Source: Candidatus Woesearchaeota archaeon
GTDB taxonomy: Archaea; Nanobdellota; Nanobdellia; Pacearchaeales; GW2011-AR1
NCBI GenBank assembly: GCA_964467035.1
Contig: CAYXNX010000001.1
Span: 51,373-115,372, forward strand
Reading direction: 5' to 3'
DNA length: 64,000 nucleotides
In this document: positions 28,595-37,391 of the stretch, piece after piece
How positions within the stretch are numbered: position 1 is the stretch's first letter
Layout of the letters: the number at the start of each line of letters is the position of its first letter
Translations under genes and position numbers: made by a program
Notes under the pieces: model-generated
What the model saw: the letters and a program-made list of their open reading frames with translations, nothing else
What the model was told of the DNA's origin: nothing
Databases searched by the model: none

Positions 28595-29497
28595 ATGGAA
28601 GATGAAATAAAAAAAGAGGAAAACCAAACATCAGATAATTTTCCCGAGAATAAAGAACCAAATTCTTTTCCCGAAAATAAAGAACAAAGTTCTCAATCTC
28701 TCCCTCCAAACAAAAAACCAAACCAAAATAATCAATTAACAGATTTCTTAGATAAAATTCCAAAACACAACTGGGCAATTGCAACTTATCTTTTAGCAAT
28801 AATTTCAGTTTTGCTTTTAGTAACTTCAGGAGGAATAACAGGAAAAGCAATATCTAATAATCAAATTGAATCACAAATCGAGGATTTTGTAACAAACCAA
28901 ATGATGCAAGGAATGGATGCAGATGCAAATATTGAAAGCATTACAGAAACAAGCGGACTTTATGTTGTTTCAACAAATATTGGAGGAGATATAGTTCCTT
29001 TATATTTCACTCAAGACGGAAGCTATATAACTCAAGGCAGAGAATTAATGCCAACAGACACTGATTCTTTAAATAATTTAGAACAAAACACAGAAACAAA
29101 CGAAAATTCAGAAGCAGAAGTTGATTGGTCTATTTTTGAAAATAAACTACCTGATAATGTAAAAGAACAAATTTTGAATTCTGAAACAGAAAAACCAACC
29201 CCTACAGATAATGAAAGAGTTGTAGAATTTGAATCATATCAAAAATGCGAAAATAATTTAATTATATTCTATCATCCAGAATGTAGCTGGTGTACAGAAT
29301 ATTTCCCTGTTTTAGAACAAATGCAACAAGAAAATCCAGATATGAATATATACGCTTTACTTTTAAGCGAAAATTCAGAAATTGCTAATAAATACGGAGT
29401 AACTGGAACACCTGCAAGCATAATTGATTGCAAATACTTTGCAAGTGGATATATGGATAAACCAACTTTAGAAAATGTTTTAGAGGAATTTAGATGA
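28595..29497 (+). CDS. membrane-anchored thioredoxin-fold protein (CxxC)
   Basis: TM helix; C-terminal IIFYHPECSWCTEYFP. Confidence 0.5.
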   Translation: MEDEIKKEENQTSDNFPENKEPNSFPENKEQSSQSLPPNKKPNQNNQLTDFLDKIPKHNWAIATYLLAIISVLLLVTSGGITGKAISNNQIESQIEDFVTNQMMQGMDADANIESITETSGLYVVSTNIGGDIVPLYFTQDGSYITQGRELMPTDTDSLNNLEQNTETNENSEAEVDWSIFENKLPDNVKEQILNSETEKPTPTDNERVVEFESYQKCENNLIIFYHPECSWCTEYFPVLEQMQQENPDMNIYALLLSENSEIANKYGVTGTPASIIDCKYFASGYMDKPTLENVLEEFR

Positions 29498-29892
29498 AAA
29501 TCTCAGAATTACAACCAGGACAAGGCAAAGTTAATCTTGAAGTAACTGTAACTTCTATGGAAGAACCAAAAACAATTAACAAATATGGAAAAGATTTAAA
29601 ACTTTGCAATGCAAAAGTAACTGACGGAGAATCAGAAATAAAATTAACTCTTTGGAACGACGATGTAGACAAAGTAAAAACTGGCTCAATACTTAAAATT
29701 GAAAATGGATATGTAAATGAATTTCAAGGAGAAAAACAATTAACAACCGGAAAATTTGGAAAACTTGAAATCCTTGATGGCTCTCAAAAAACAGAGGAAA
29801 ATTCAGAGTCACAATCAGAAAACTCTCAAGAATCTGAAGATAATGTTAAAGAAGAAAAAGTTTCTTTTGATGACGAAATTCAAGATTATTAA
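29494..29892 (+). CDS. OB-fold single-stranded nucleic-acid-binding protein (SSB/RPA-like) with acidic tail
   Basis: KVNLEVTV..KLTLWND..ILKIENGYV OB pattern. Confidence 0.4.
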   Translation: MKISELQPGQGKVNLEVTVTSMEEPKTINKYGKDLKLCNAKVTDGESEIKLTLWNDDVDKVKTGSILKIENGYVNEFQGEKQLTTGKFGKLEILDGSQKTEENSESQSENSQESEDNVKEEKVSFDDEIQDY

Positions 29893-30329
29893 ATTTTTAA
29901 ACAATTCTCTACAGCATACTTTGCAATTTTTGTATTAGCACCTAAATTAAGAAAAAAACTTTGCAAATCTTTTTTATCCTTAGAACAATTAATTAAAACT
30001 AATTTTACACCATATTTATTCACTAGAAAAATATTTTGTCTCTCCCTAGCAAATTTATTAGCAATTTCAAAATCATTTCCTTGTAATAATTTTTTTACAT
30101 CAATCCCAATTTTAATATCTTTATCCTTTGCAATTTTGCACAAAACATGATTTAAACCAGAATCTCTTTGCTTCAATTTATCTCTTGGACTATCTTCTCT
30201 TGGAAAAACCAGTCCCACTCCCAACTCCAAAACTTTTCTGTTAAAATTTTCATCTTTAGCCCTAACTAAAATTTCATTTTTATTTTTTACTTTCCGAATT
30301 TCTTTCAAATCTCCCTCAACCAATTCCAT
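29889..30329 (-). CDS. hypothetical protein, weak resemblance to RNase P protein subunit p30
   Basis: DSGLNHVLCKIAKDKDIKIGIDVKKLL segment. Confidence 0.2.
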   Translation of the reverse strand: MELVEGDLKEIRKVKNKNEILVRAKDENFNRKVLELGVGLVFPREDSPRDKLKQRDSGLNHVLCKIAKDKDIKIGIDVKKLLQGNDFEIANKFARERQNIFLVNKYGVKLVLINCSKDKKDLQSFFLNLGANTKIAKYAVENCLKI

Positions 30330-30379
30330 ATCTTATTTAAGAAAACAAACTTTATAAATGTTAAACAAATAATAAAATA

Positions 30380-30673
30380 ATGCGACTTTACAGAAAAGGA
30401 AAACCAGTAGATTTTGGAAGTAGTTGGTTTTCAACAATTTCAGAAGCAACAGAATTTGAAAAACCAAACGAAGAAAACATTATTTCAATAATGTGGCTAA
30501 AAAAACAACTTTTTAATAAATATTTTGAACACAATGGAATGGGATACAGGGCAAAATCTCCCAAGAATTATGCTCTTGCAAATCCTGTTATAGAATCAAT
30601 GACTATGGATAAATTTGAAGAAAGATTGCATCACCCAATAATCTCAAAATTTTATTGGGATGGAGAATATTAA
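30380..30673 (+). CDS. hypothetical protein
   Basis: 97-aa ORF. Confidence 0.3.
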   Translation: MRLYRKGKPVDFGSSWFSTISEATEFEKPNEENIISIMWLKKQLFNKYFEHNGMGYRAKSPKNYALANPVIESMTMDKFEERLHHPIISKFYWDGEY

Positions 30674-31359
30674 CCAGAAATCACTGACCCTCTAAAATTT
30701 TGACCTAAAAGCAACTTATCTAAATTATTCAAATTGTTTCCAACAATATAAGTTTTAATTTTTTCTTCTAAAATAATTTTAGCCGCATTTTGGTCTAAAA
30801 CAAAATGCTGTCCTGGGGAAAATTTAATAGAATTTGCCATTTTAAAAAAATCTTTCCAAGAAATTTCTTTTATAAATTTCGCACTTTTATACTTTTTTGG
30901 ATTTTTATCAAACAGCCCATCAACATTTGTAACATTAATAAATTCGCTTCCAAATTTTTTTGCAATCAAAGAAGCAGTTGAATCACTTGTTTGATTTGGC
31001 TTATACCCTAATGCACCGCAAAAAACAAAATTCTGTTTTTTCAAATATTTTTTAATTTCTTTCATTTTATGTGGAATTCCTTTTTCAGGGTCTAATTTAA
31101 AAAAATAACTCATAAATCTCGCATTAGTCCTTGTAACTGAAATACCTGCAAAACTCTGCAATTTATTACTTGCTTTAATCTCCCTTAATCCTTGAATATA
31201 CATTCTCGCCACCGAACCTCCCCCGCAAACCACCACAAACTTATAATTTTTAGAATGTTGTTTCAAAATTTTTTTAAACTTTTTAAGAAAACTTAAATTA
31301 ATTTTATTATCTTTAATAATCTGACTTCCCCCCAAACTTAAAACAATCACCTTTTTCAT
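30670..31359 (-). CDS. pyrH: uridylate (UMP) kinase, amino-acid kinase fold
   Basis: MKKVIVLSLGGS..VVVCGGGSVAR; 229 aa. Confidence 0.6.
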   Translation of the reverse strand: MKKVIVLSLGGSQIIKDNKINLSFLKKFKKILKQHSKNYKFVVVCGGGSVARMYIQGLREIKASNKLQSFAGISVTRTNARFMSYFFKLDPEKGIPHKMKEIKKYLKKQNFVFCGALGYKPNQTSDSTASLIAKKFGSEFINVTNVDGLFDKNPKKYKSAKFIKEISWKDFFKMANSIKFSPGQHFVLDQNAAKIILEEKIKTYIVGNNLNNLDKLLLGQNFRGSVISG

Positions 31360-31664
31360 AAATAAAAAAAGAAATTTATATATTTAAATTTACCTAACAG
31401 TAAACAACTTATCATCATCTACATCAAATACTCCCAATCTTACCCCTGCATCAATCCACCCATGAGCATAATTCAAAGCACCAAAACAATTAACATAATC
31501 TCCTTTTTCAAAAAAATGCCTTGCATCACTTAAATAATTCCCCGCCATCTCAATAATTTCCTTCGCCTCTTCTTTTTTAACAATATTTTCCTTCACAATT
31601 TCAAAAGCCCTTTCAGTAGTTTTAAAATATTTTTCAATCTTTTCTTTTGTTATTTTGGATTTCA
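31250..31664. repeat. 415-bp direct repeat copy 1 (pyrH 5' end plus intergenic plus 91-aa gene)
   Basis: near-identical to 32629..33043. Confidence 0.85.
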
Positions 31665-31665
31665 T
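31390..31665 (-). CDS. conserved small archaeal protein (91 aa), co-operonic with HEPN/MNT
   Basis: ATGA overlap with upstream HEPN gene; duplicate copy at 32768..33043. Confidence 0.45.
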   Translation of the reverse strand: MKSKITKEKIEKYFKTTERAFEIVKENIVKKEEAKEIIEMAGNYLSDARHFFEKGDYVNCFGALNYAHGWIDAGVRLGVFDVDDDKLFTVR

Positions 31666-32054
31666 AATTTCAGTTTTACAAATTTTTTCAATTTATTAAT
31701 TAACTCTTTCATCAAAAATTCATTCCTATCTAAATAATCTTTATCAATAAAAAATCCTTCATAAGATACCCTATTTCTTAAAACTCTAAGGTCATTAAAA
31801 AAATGATTATAACTCCTAAATTCCGAATATTTATCAACTAAATAGTCAAATAATTCTTTATGACTTAAAGTTTTGTAACCGTCAATCAACAAAACAGAGG
31901 TAGCTAATTCTTTTATAATTTCATAATAATCTGAAATAATTAAAGCAGACATTTTTTCCTTATTTTGAAGTTTAATTCTATCCTCAATTAAATTTATCAT
32001 TTTCAAAATACTTTTTGCTCTTTCTTTATCCGGAGTTATTTTTATCAAACTCAT
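31662..32054 (-). CDS. HEPN-domain protein (partner of MNT), R-N-x-x-x-Y variant motif
   Basis: RVLRNRVSYEG. Confidence 0.5.
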   Translation of the reverse strand: MSLIKITPDKERAKSILKMINLIEDRIKLQNKEKMSALIISDYYEIIKELATSVLLIDGYKTLSHKELFDYLVDKYSEFRSYNHFFNDLRVLRNRVSYEGFFIDKDYLDRNEFLMKELINKLKKFVKLKL

Positions 32055-32596
32055 TTTAATCTTACAAAACCTTTTAAAATAAATCCATTCAAAATATTGT
32101 TTTTCAATTCTTTATTTAATCTATTAATATCTGATTCAAATAAGATATTTAATTTTTTATTTAAAATATCCTCAAATTTTTTTATATTTAATTTCTTTGA
32201 TTTTGATTCTACAAAAATATCAACATCACTTTCATTTATGTCTTCACCTTTTGAATAACTTCCAAAAACAATAATAGAATTAGGCACACAGAAGTCATAT
32301 AAATAATCAACTAATTTAGATTCATACAAATTATGAATATTAAGAACTTTTTTCGCAAATAAAAATTCATTACTTTCTCTATTTGCAATATATCCAAAAA
32401 ATCTATCACCTTTCTTTTTTGATAAAATTTTTTGATTTTCTAAATTAATAAGATGTTTTTTAACAGAAGTCGGAGCTAAATTAATTTTTCGCGAAATTTC
32501 TTTAATAAAATGGATATTCAAAGGATCTTGAGAAAAAACACTAAATACTTTCCAAACACTTTGTTCAAATAAACATATTTGTTCCATAATAAACAT
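32051..32596 (-). CDS. minimal nucleotidyltransferase (MNT) with N-terminal wHTH
   Basis: IIVFGSYSKGEDINESDVDIFVE. Confidence 0.7.
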   Translation of the reverse strand: MFIMEQICLFEQSVWKVFSVFSQDPLNIHFIKEISRKINLAPTSVKKHLINLENQKILSKKKGDRFFGYIANRESNEFLFAKKVLNIHNLYESKLVDYLYDFCVPNSIIVFGSYSKGEDINESDVDIFVESKSKKLNIKKFEDILNKKLNILFESDINRLNKELKNNILNGFILKGFVRLK

Positions 32597-32628
32597 TTAT
32601 ATTGCTTAAAGTATATAAATGTTTCTAC

Positions 32629-32738
32629 TAGAATGTTGTTTCAAAATTTTTTTAAACTTTTTAAGAAAACTTAAATTAATTTTATTATCTTTAATAATCT
32701 GACTTCCCCCCAAACTTAAAACAATCACCTTTTTCATA
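32629..32738 (-). pseudogene. duplicated 5' fragment of pyrH (first ~36 codons)
   Basis: inside 415-bp repeat copy 2. Confidence 0.6.
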
Positions 32739-32767
32739 AATAAAAAAAGAAATTTATATATTTAAAT

Positions 32768-33043
32768 TTACCTAACAGTAAACAACTTATCATCATCTAC
32801 ATCAAATACTCCCAATCTTACCCCTGCATCAATCCACCCATGAGCATAATTCAAAGCACCAAAACAATTAACATAATCTCCTTTTTCAAAAAAATGCCTT
32901 GCATCACTTAAATAATTCCCCGCCATCTCAATAATTTCCTTCGCCTCTTCTTTTTTAACAATATTTTCCTTCACAATTTCAAAAGCCCTTTCAGTAGTTT
33001 TAAAATATTTTTCAATCTTTTCTTTTGTTATTTTGGATTTCAA
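32768..33043 (-). CDS. second copy of the 91-aa small protein (ATG replaced by TTG)
   Basis: identical protein; start codon position reads TTG. Confidence 0.4.
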   Translation of the reverse strand: MKSKITKEKIEKYFKTTERAFEIVKENIVKKEEAKEIIEMAGNYLSDARHFFEKGDYVNCFGALNYAHGWIDAGVRLGVFDVDDDKLFTVR

Positions 33044-33291
33044 TGTTTTGTATAACCTCCTTTTTTCTCATATTCTTTATGTAATTGATGGACCTCTAAA
33101 ATAATCTGTAAAATCCTTAATTCATCTCCAGCAACATTTGTATAAAAAGCTCTTGCCTCTTTAGTTAACTTAATTAAAAATAAATTACTTACACCATATT
33201 TTTGTTGAAAATATTTATAAATTGGAAGTCTCTTAGAAATTGGTTCACCTACCCTACCACTTTTCAAAAAATCAATAGTTTTAGTAATCAA
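33040..33291 (-). CDS. hypothetical small protein
   Basis: 83-aa ORF. Confidence 0.3.
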   Translation of the reverse strand: MITKTIDFLKSGRVGEPISKRLPIYKYFQQKYGVSNLFLIKLTKEARAFYTNVAGDELRILQIILEVHQLHKEYEKKGGYTKH

Positions 33292-33392
33292 AAAATAAAG
33301 ATCTTGATTAGTTTTATTTCCCTTGCTTAATTCAGATTCAATATTTAACTTAACCCTAAATAACTCCTTACTTAATTAAGTAATTTTGTCCT

Positions 33393-33659
33393 TCATACTT
33401 TAATAGCCTCAGAAATCAGCTTATTTAATTTTTTATTGTTTGGAAAAATCCAGATAATTTTATCCTCTTCAAACATAATCTTATTTGATTTTTCAAGATA
33501 ATTTAATATCAACTTAAATGTTTGATACTGCATTTGTTTAGGCAATGCCTTCCATAATTGCATCCGAGTAGGATAATCTCCAAAATCTTGTATTAACTTT
33601 TCAACTACTAAAATTGAATCCAACTTAGGATAATGTAGAATATTTATTTTGTTTTTCAT
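33393..33659 (-). CDS. hypothetical small protein
   Basis: 88-aa ORF. Confidence 0.3.
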   Translation of the reverse strand: MKNKINILHYPKLDSILVVEKLIQDFGDYPTRMQLWKALPKQMQYQTFKLILNYLEKSNKIMFEEDKIIWIFPNNKKLNKLISEAIKV

Positions 33660-33699
33660 TGTATAAACTTATACAATACATTATTTAAACTTTTCGATT

Positions 33700-33819
33700 A
33701 CAAAATCTCAATAATTTCCTTCGCCCCTTCTTCTTTAACAATATTTTTCTTCACAATTCTCAAGATCTTTTCAGTAAGATTATAATATTTCTCTAATTTT
33801 TTGTTATTTTATCTTTCAT
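33700..33819 (-). pseudogene. degenerate third copy of the 91-aa gene 5' end (in-frame stop after 8 codons)
   Basis: similar to 31550..31665; ATGA overlap with HEPN gene. Confidence 0.35.
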
Positions 33820-34268
33820 ATTTGTTTATTAATAATCTTAATTAGTTTAGTATAAATTTGTTTTGTAAATTTAATAACTTTTTTAGCATATTCTACATCA
33901 ATTTTAGTTCCGTAATACAACATTCCATTTCTAAAAAATCTAATCTGATTCAAAAAACCAATTTCCTTATCTGTAAATTCTAAATTTTTTAAATAAGAAA
34001 CTTCGGCTTCATGAGCTTTAAAACCAGAAGCATTAAATCCATGAATAAACATTTCAGCCCTAATCAATTCCATTAAAATATCATAACATTTTTTAACATA
34101 ATCGTTAGCATTTAGCTCATTAATTCCTATTTTTTCAATTAATATAATCAAATAATTATAATTTTGTTGAGATTCATCTATTAAAAATTTTGCTCTTGAT
34201 TTATCTGAAAATTGTTTTTTAACAATTCCCAATTTAAGAAATTCCTCAAATTTTTTAACAGGTTTCAT
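33816..34268 (-). CDS. HEPN-domain protein
   Basis: FFRNGMLYYG. Confidence 0.5.
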   Translation of the reverse strand: MKPVKKFEEFLKLGIVKKQFSDKSRAKFLIDESQQNYNYLIILIEKIGINELNANDYVKKCYDILMELIRAEMFIHGFNASGFKAHEAEVSYLKNLEFTDKEIGFLNQIRFFRNGMLYYGTKIDVEYAKKVIKFTKQIYTKLIKIINKQI

Positions 34269-34813
34269 AATTCAATTCCTCCAACAAGAACAATACCATT
34301 AAGTATATTTTCCTTTAAATTTTTATTCATTTCTTTAAATGAATCATAAAAATTAAGATTAATTTCTTTACTCAAAATTTTTTCAAAATTAGACAAATCT
34401 ATCTTTTTTTTCTTTCTTCCAATAATTGCTATATCAATATCAGAATTAAATATATCATCTCCTCTTGAGTAACTTCCAAAAAGAATAATTGTTCCACCTG
34501 CAAATTCTTTTTCCAAAAAATCAACAACATTTAAAAGATATAACTGTTCTAGATTATTGGCTCTTTTTAATTGTAAAATTTTATGATTATCTCTATTTAA
34601 TTCAATGCTCCAACGTTTAGATTCTTTATCTTGGTTAATAGTTATAAACTCCTTTTTTTCTAATAAAGGAAGAGCTTTCATAACTGCTGGAGCACTTACT
34701 TTTAAAAACTTAGAAAGAGATCTTTGATTAAAGCTTTGACCTGCCCGTACAAATAAAAAATCCAAAATATCTCTTTGCAAATTAGTTAATTTATGTCTAT
34801 TAATATTTACCAT
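34265..34813 (-). CDS. MNT nucleotidyltransferase with wHTH
   Basis: IILFGSYSRGDDIFNSDIDIAII. Confidence 0.7.
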   Translation of the reverse strand: MVNINRHKLTNLQRDILDFLFVRAGQSFNQRSLSKFLKVSAPAVMKALPLLEKKEFITINQDKESKRWSIELNRDNHKILQLKRANNLEQLYLLNVVDFLEKEFAGGTIILFGSYSRGDDIFNSDIDIAIIGRKKKKIDLSNFEKILSKEINLNFYDSFKEMNKNLKENILNGIVLVGGIEL

Positions 34814-35015
34814 AGTTAATATATATTAACCAAAGTTTATAAGTTTTTCTAATTTAACGGCTTTGTTGAAAAAGTTAAGATAATTTTTGATTTTACTAAA
34901 AGTTTAGGAAACTCCTGTAGAATATAGGGTGGGTTTTTCGACGAAGTCGAAACTTGTAGTGGGAAAATGTAAAATCAAAAACAAATAAAAATTTAGATTT
35001 TCAACAAAGCCTAAT

Positions 35016-35261
35016 TTAACCGTAAACTTTCTTTCTAGTATCTATATCAAAAACAATCCACACTTCCTCTTTCAACTCTAATAAAACTCTATACCCTCCA
35101 ATTCTTAATCTAAAAGAACTTTTATAACCTTGTAATTTTTTTATATCAATTCTTTTACCATCTAATAAATCCTTTAATTTTACATTAATTAAATTTCTTA
35201 TATTAAAAGGTAATTTAAAATATTTCTTTTTTGCTTTTGAAGAGAACTCAATCTTTTTCAT
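35016..35261 (-). CDS. RelE/ParE-family toxin
   Basis: FRLRIGGYRVLLELKEEVWIVFDIDTRKKVYG. Confidence 0.6.
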   Translation of the reverse strand: MKKIEFSSKAKKKYFKLPFNIRNLINVKLKDLLDGKRIDIKKLQGYKSSFRLRIGGYRVLLELKEEVWIVFDIDTRKKVYG

Positions 35262-35481
35262 TTTCTTTCAAAATTTCTTCAAAGGAAATTGTCTCTCCTT
35301 TTTTAAATTCCTCTAAAGCTTCCTTTCTCAAACTCTCACTTTCTTTAGATAAAGGAAGAAAAGGCTCTATAAAATGCCATATAACTTCATCATAAGAATC
35401 CAGCAAAAGCTGTTCTTTAAGTTTAGTCATTGCCAAATGTGTTTCATCTTTTATTCTAAGTTGCATACAATATGAATACAT
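35248..35481 (-). CDS. cognate antitoxin (same family as 5267..5509)
   Basis: C-terminal EEFKKGETISFEEILKE. Confidence 0.5.
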   Translation of the reverse strand: MYSYCMQLRIKDETHLAMTKLKEQLLLDSYDEVIWHFIEPFLPLSKESESLRKEALEEFKKGETISFEEILKENEKD

Positions 35482-35901
35482 TTTGTATTTATAAATTTTT
35501 CTAAACTCAAAACTCTTTTTCTTAATTTCATAACTAACTTGAAGGAGAAAAATTTATGTGGCAGTTTTTCTATATCAACAAGCAGTAGAAAAAGCATTAA
35601 AGGTTTATTCTTATTTTGACACAAGGAAGTAGTTCCTCAACCTTATTCTTTAATTTATCTTGCCACCAATACTTCAATCCCTGAAAAATATTTTTCTTTT
35701 TTAAGAAAATTAACTCTTTCATCAAAAATTCATCCTACCCAAATAATCTTTATCAACAAAAAATCCTTTACAAGATATTCTATTTCTCAAACATTTAACT
35801 TTCTTCAGTATTTAAAACTCAAAACAGAAAGTTTTGATTTGCTGAATTTTTTATCAAGAAAATTTAGAATATTAAATAAAAATTTGAAAAAAACTTTATA
35901 A

Positions 35902-37314
35902 TTACCTATAATCTCTTCTTCTATTTCTTTTTTTCAAAGCCAAAGCACCAGAGCCACCTACCAAAGCAGCTAAACCTGTTAATCCCCATCCCCCACTTAA
36001 AGGGATATTTGGAAAATCCATTTCATCAAGAGGGTCTGTTCCATACTGAACCTCTTCCCCATCATCAACACCATCCAAATCTGTATCAAAATGAAAGGGG
36101 TCTGTTCCATACTGATTAACCTCTTCCCCATCAGTTAAACCATCTCCGTCTGTATCAGGGTTAGAAGAATCTGTCCCTAACTCAAATTCTTCTAAATCAG
36201 TTAAACCATCATTATCTTGGTCTCTTGTAGGACTTGCAGGGCGAAAATTGGTAACATAAACCTCTCCACCACTATTATTTTCAACTTGTCTTTCCTTAAT
36301 TGCCCCTTCATCAATCAAAACTTCTGTAGAATATTTTGATTTTCCAGCAACAGGAGCTTCCCAATAATTCCCTTTAAAATATTGGTCTGGATTTTCCCCA
36401 GATTTTTCATCAGATTCTACCTGAACAACAGTTCTCCAATTAATAAAAGAATTATTCCCCTCTTCAATACCTGCATTAACTCCAGTTCCTTTAATCTCAA
36501 AAGCAACATTTTCCCCATTACCATAAAAAATATTATCCCTTACTTCTACATTTGAAACAGTTTCTTTAGAACTTTTCCCAGAATCTCCATAAACACGAGC
36601 AGCAGGACTTTTATCTCCTTCACTAAATTCAAAAATATTATTTCTTAACTCCAAATTACTATCAATCCCATCATAATTCAAAGGAGCTTTTAAAATACAA
36701 TTCTCAATTCTTCCATCAGGTCTTCCTTCTGAAGTTGTCCCAAGGTAACTAATAACATTACCCCTTCCAGGCAATACCAAATCATAAAATTCAACATCAT
36801 CAAGCCCATCTATCCCTGTCCCAGTTATTAATTCTGATAAATGTTCTCCATTTTCATAAGTTCCGATAAATCTTGTAGGTCTTGAAACAATAGGGCTATT
36901 AGTTCCCGGCTTAAATTCCCCCTCACCCAATTTTACTACAAGATGATTTGGATTATAATTATCTCCAGTTTCCTTAGTAAAATTTTCAAACAATTCCCGA
37001 GCAAGATTGCCTTCTTCCCCATGCACCAAATAATTTTCTTCACCCATTCCTTCTTCAACAGGTGTTTTATAAGAAAAATCATTAATCATATACTGAGAAT
37101 CATCAATCTCTCCCCCATTTACAGGAGTAAAAGGAGCATATTCACTATTTGGGATATCATTTATATTTCTTACTTCAACATATTGCTGAGGATTATCAAA
37201 ACTATATTCCTGTCCTTGAGCACCTAAAGAACTTAATCCAATAACTCCAGTTAACAAAGCTCCTTTAAATCCAGTTCTTAGCTTATTTGTTAAATTTTGC
37301 TTTTTATTCTGCAT
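35902..37314 (-). CDS. surface protein with parallel beta-helix repeats, Asp-rich calcium-binding repeats and PGF-CTERM-like tail
   Basis: DQDNDGLTD/DTDGDGLTDGEE repeats; C-term GLTGLAALVGGSGALALKKRNRRR; GC higher than neighbours. Confidence 0.5.
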   Translation of the reverse strand: MQNKKQNLTNKLRTGFKGALLTGVIGLSSLGAQGQEYSFDNPQQYVEVRNINDIPNSEYAPFTPVNGGEIDDSQYMINDFSYKTPVEEGMGEENYLVHGEEGNLARELFENFTKETGDNYNPNHLVVKLGEGEFKPGTNSPIVSRPTRFIGTYENGEHLSELITGTGIDGLDDVEFYDLVLPGRGNVISYLGTTSEGRPDGRIENCILKAPLNYDGIDSNLELRNNIFEFSEGDKSPAARVYGDSGKSSKETVSNVEVRDNIFYGNGENVAFEIKGTGVNAGIEEGNNSFINWRTVVQVESDEKSGENPDQYFKGNYWEAPVAGKSKYSTEVLIDEGAIKERQVENNSGGEVYVTNFRPASPTRDQDNDGLTDLEEFELGTDSSNPDTDGDGLTDGEEVNQYGTDPFHFDTDLDGVDDGEEVQYGTDPLDEMDFPNIPLSGGWGLTGLAALVGGSGALALKKRNRRRDYR

Positions 37315-37391
37315 AATCCCCTAACAAACAAATACTTTATAAATTTTTCTATTTCAATTTATAATAATTAAAACAAAATTTCACCCAATTT

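Larger units (their letters stand above)
32629..33043. repeat. 415-bp direct repeat copy 2
   Basis: near-identical to 31250..31664. Confidence 0.85.
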
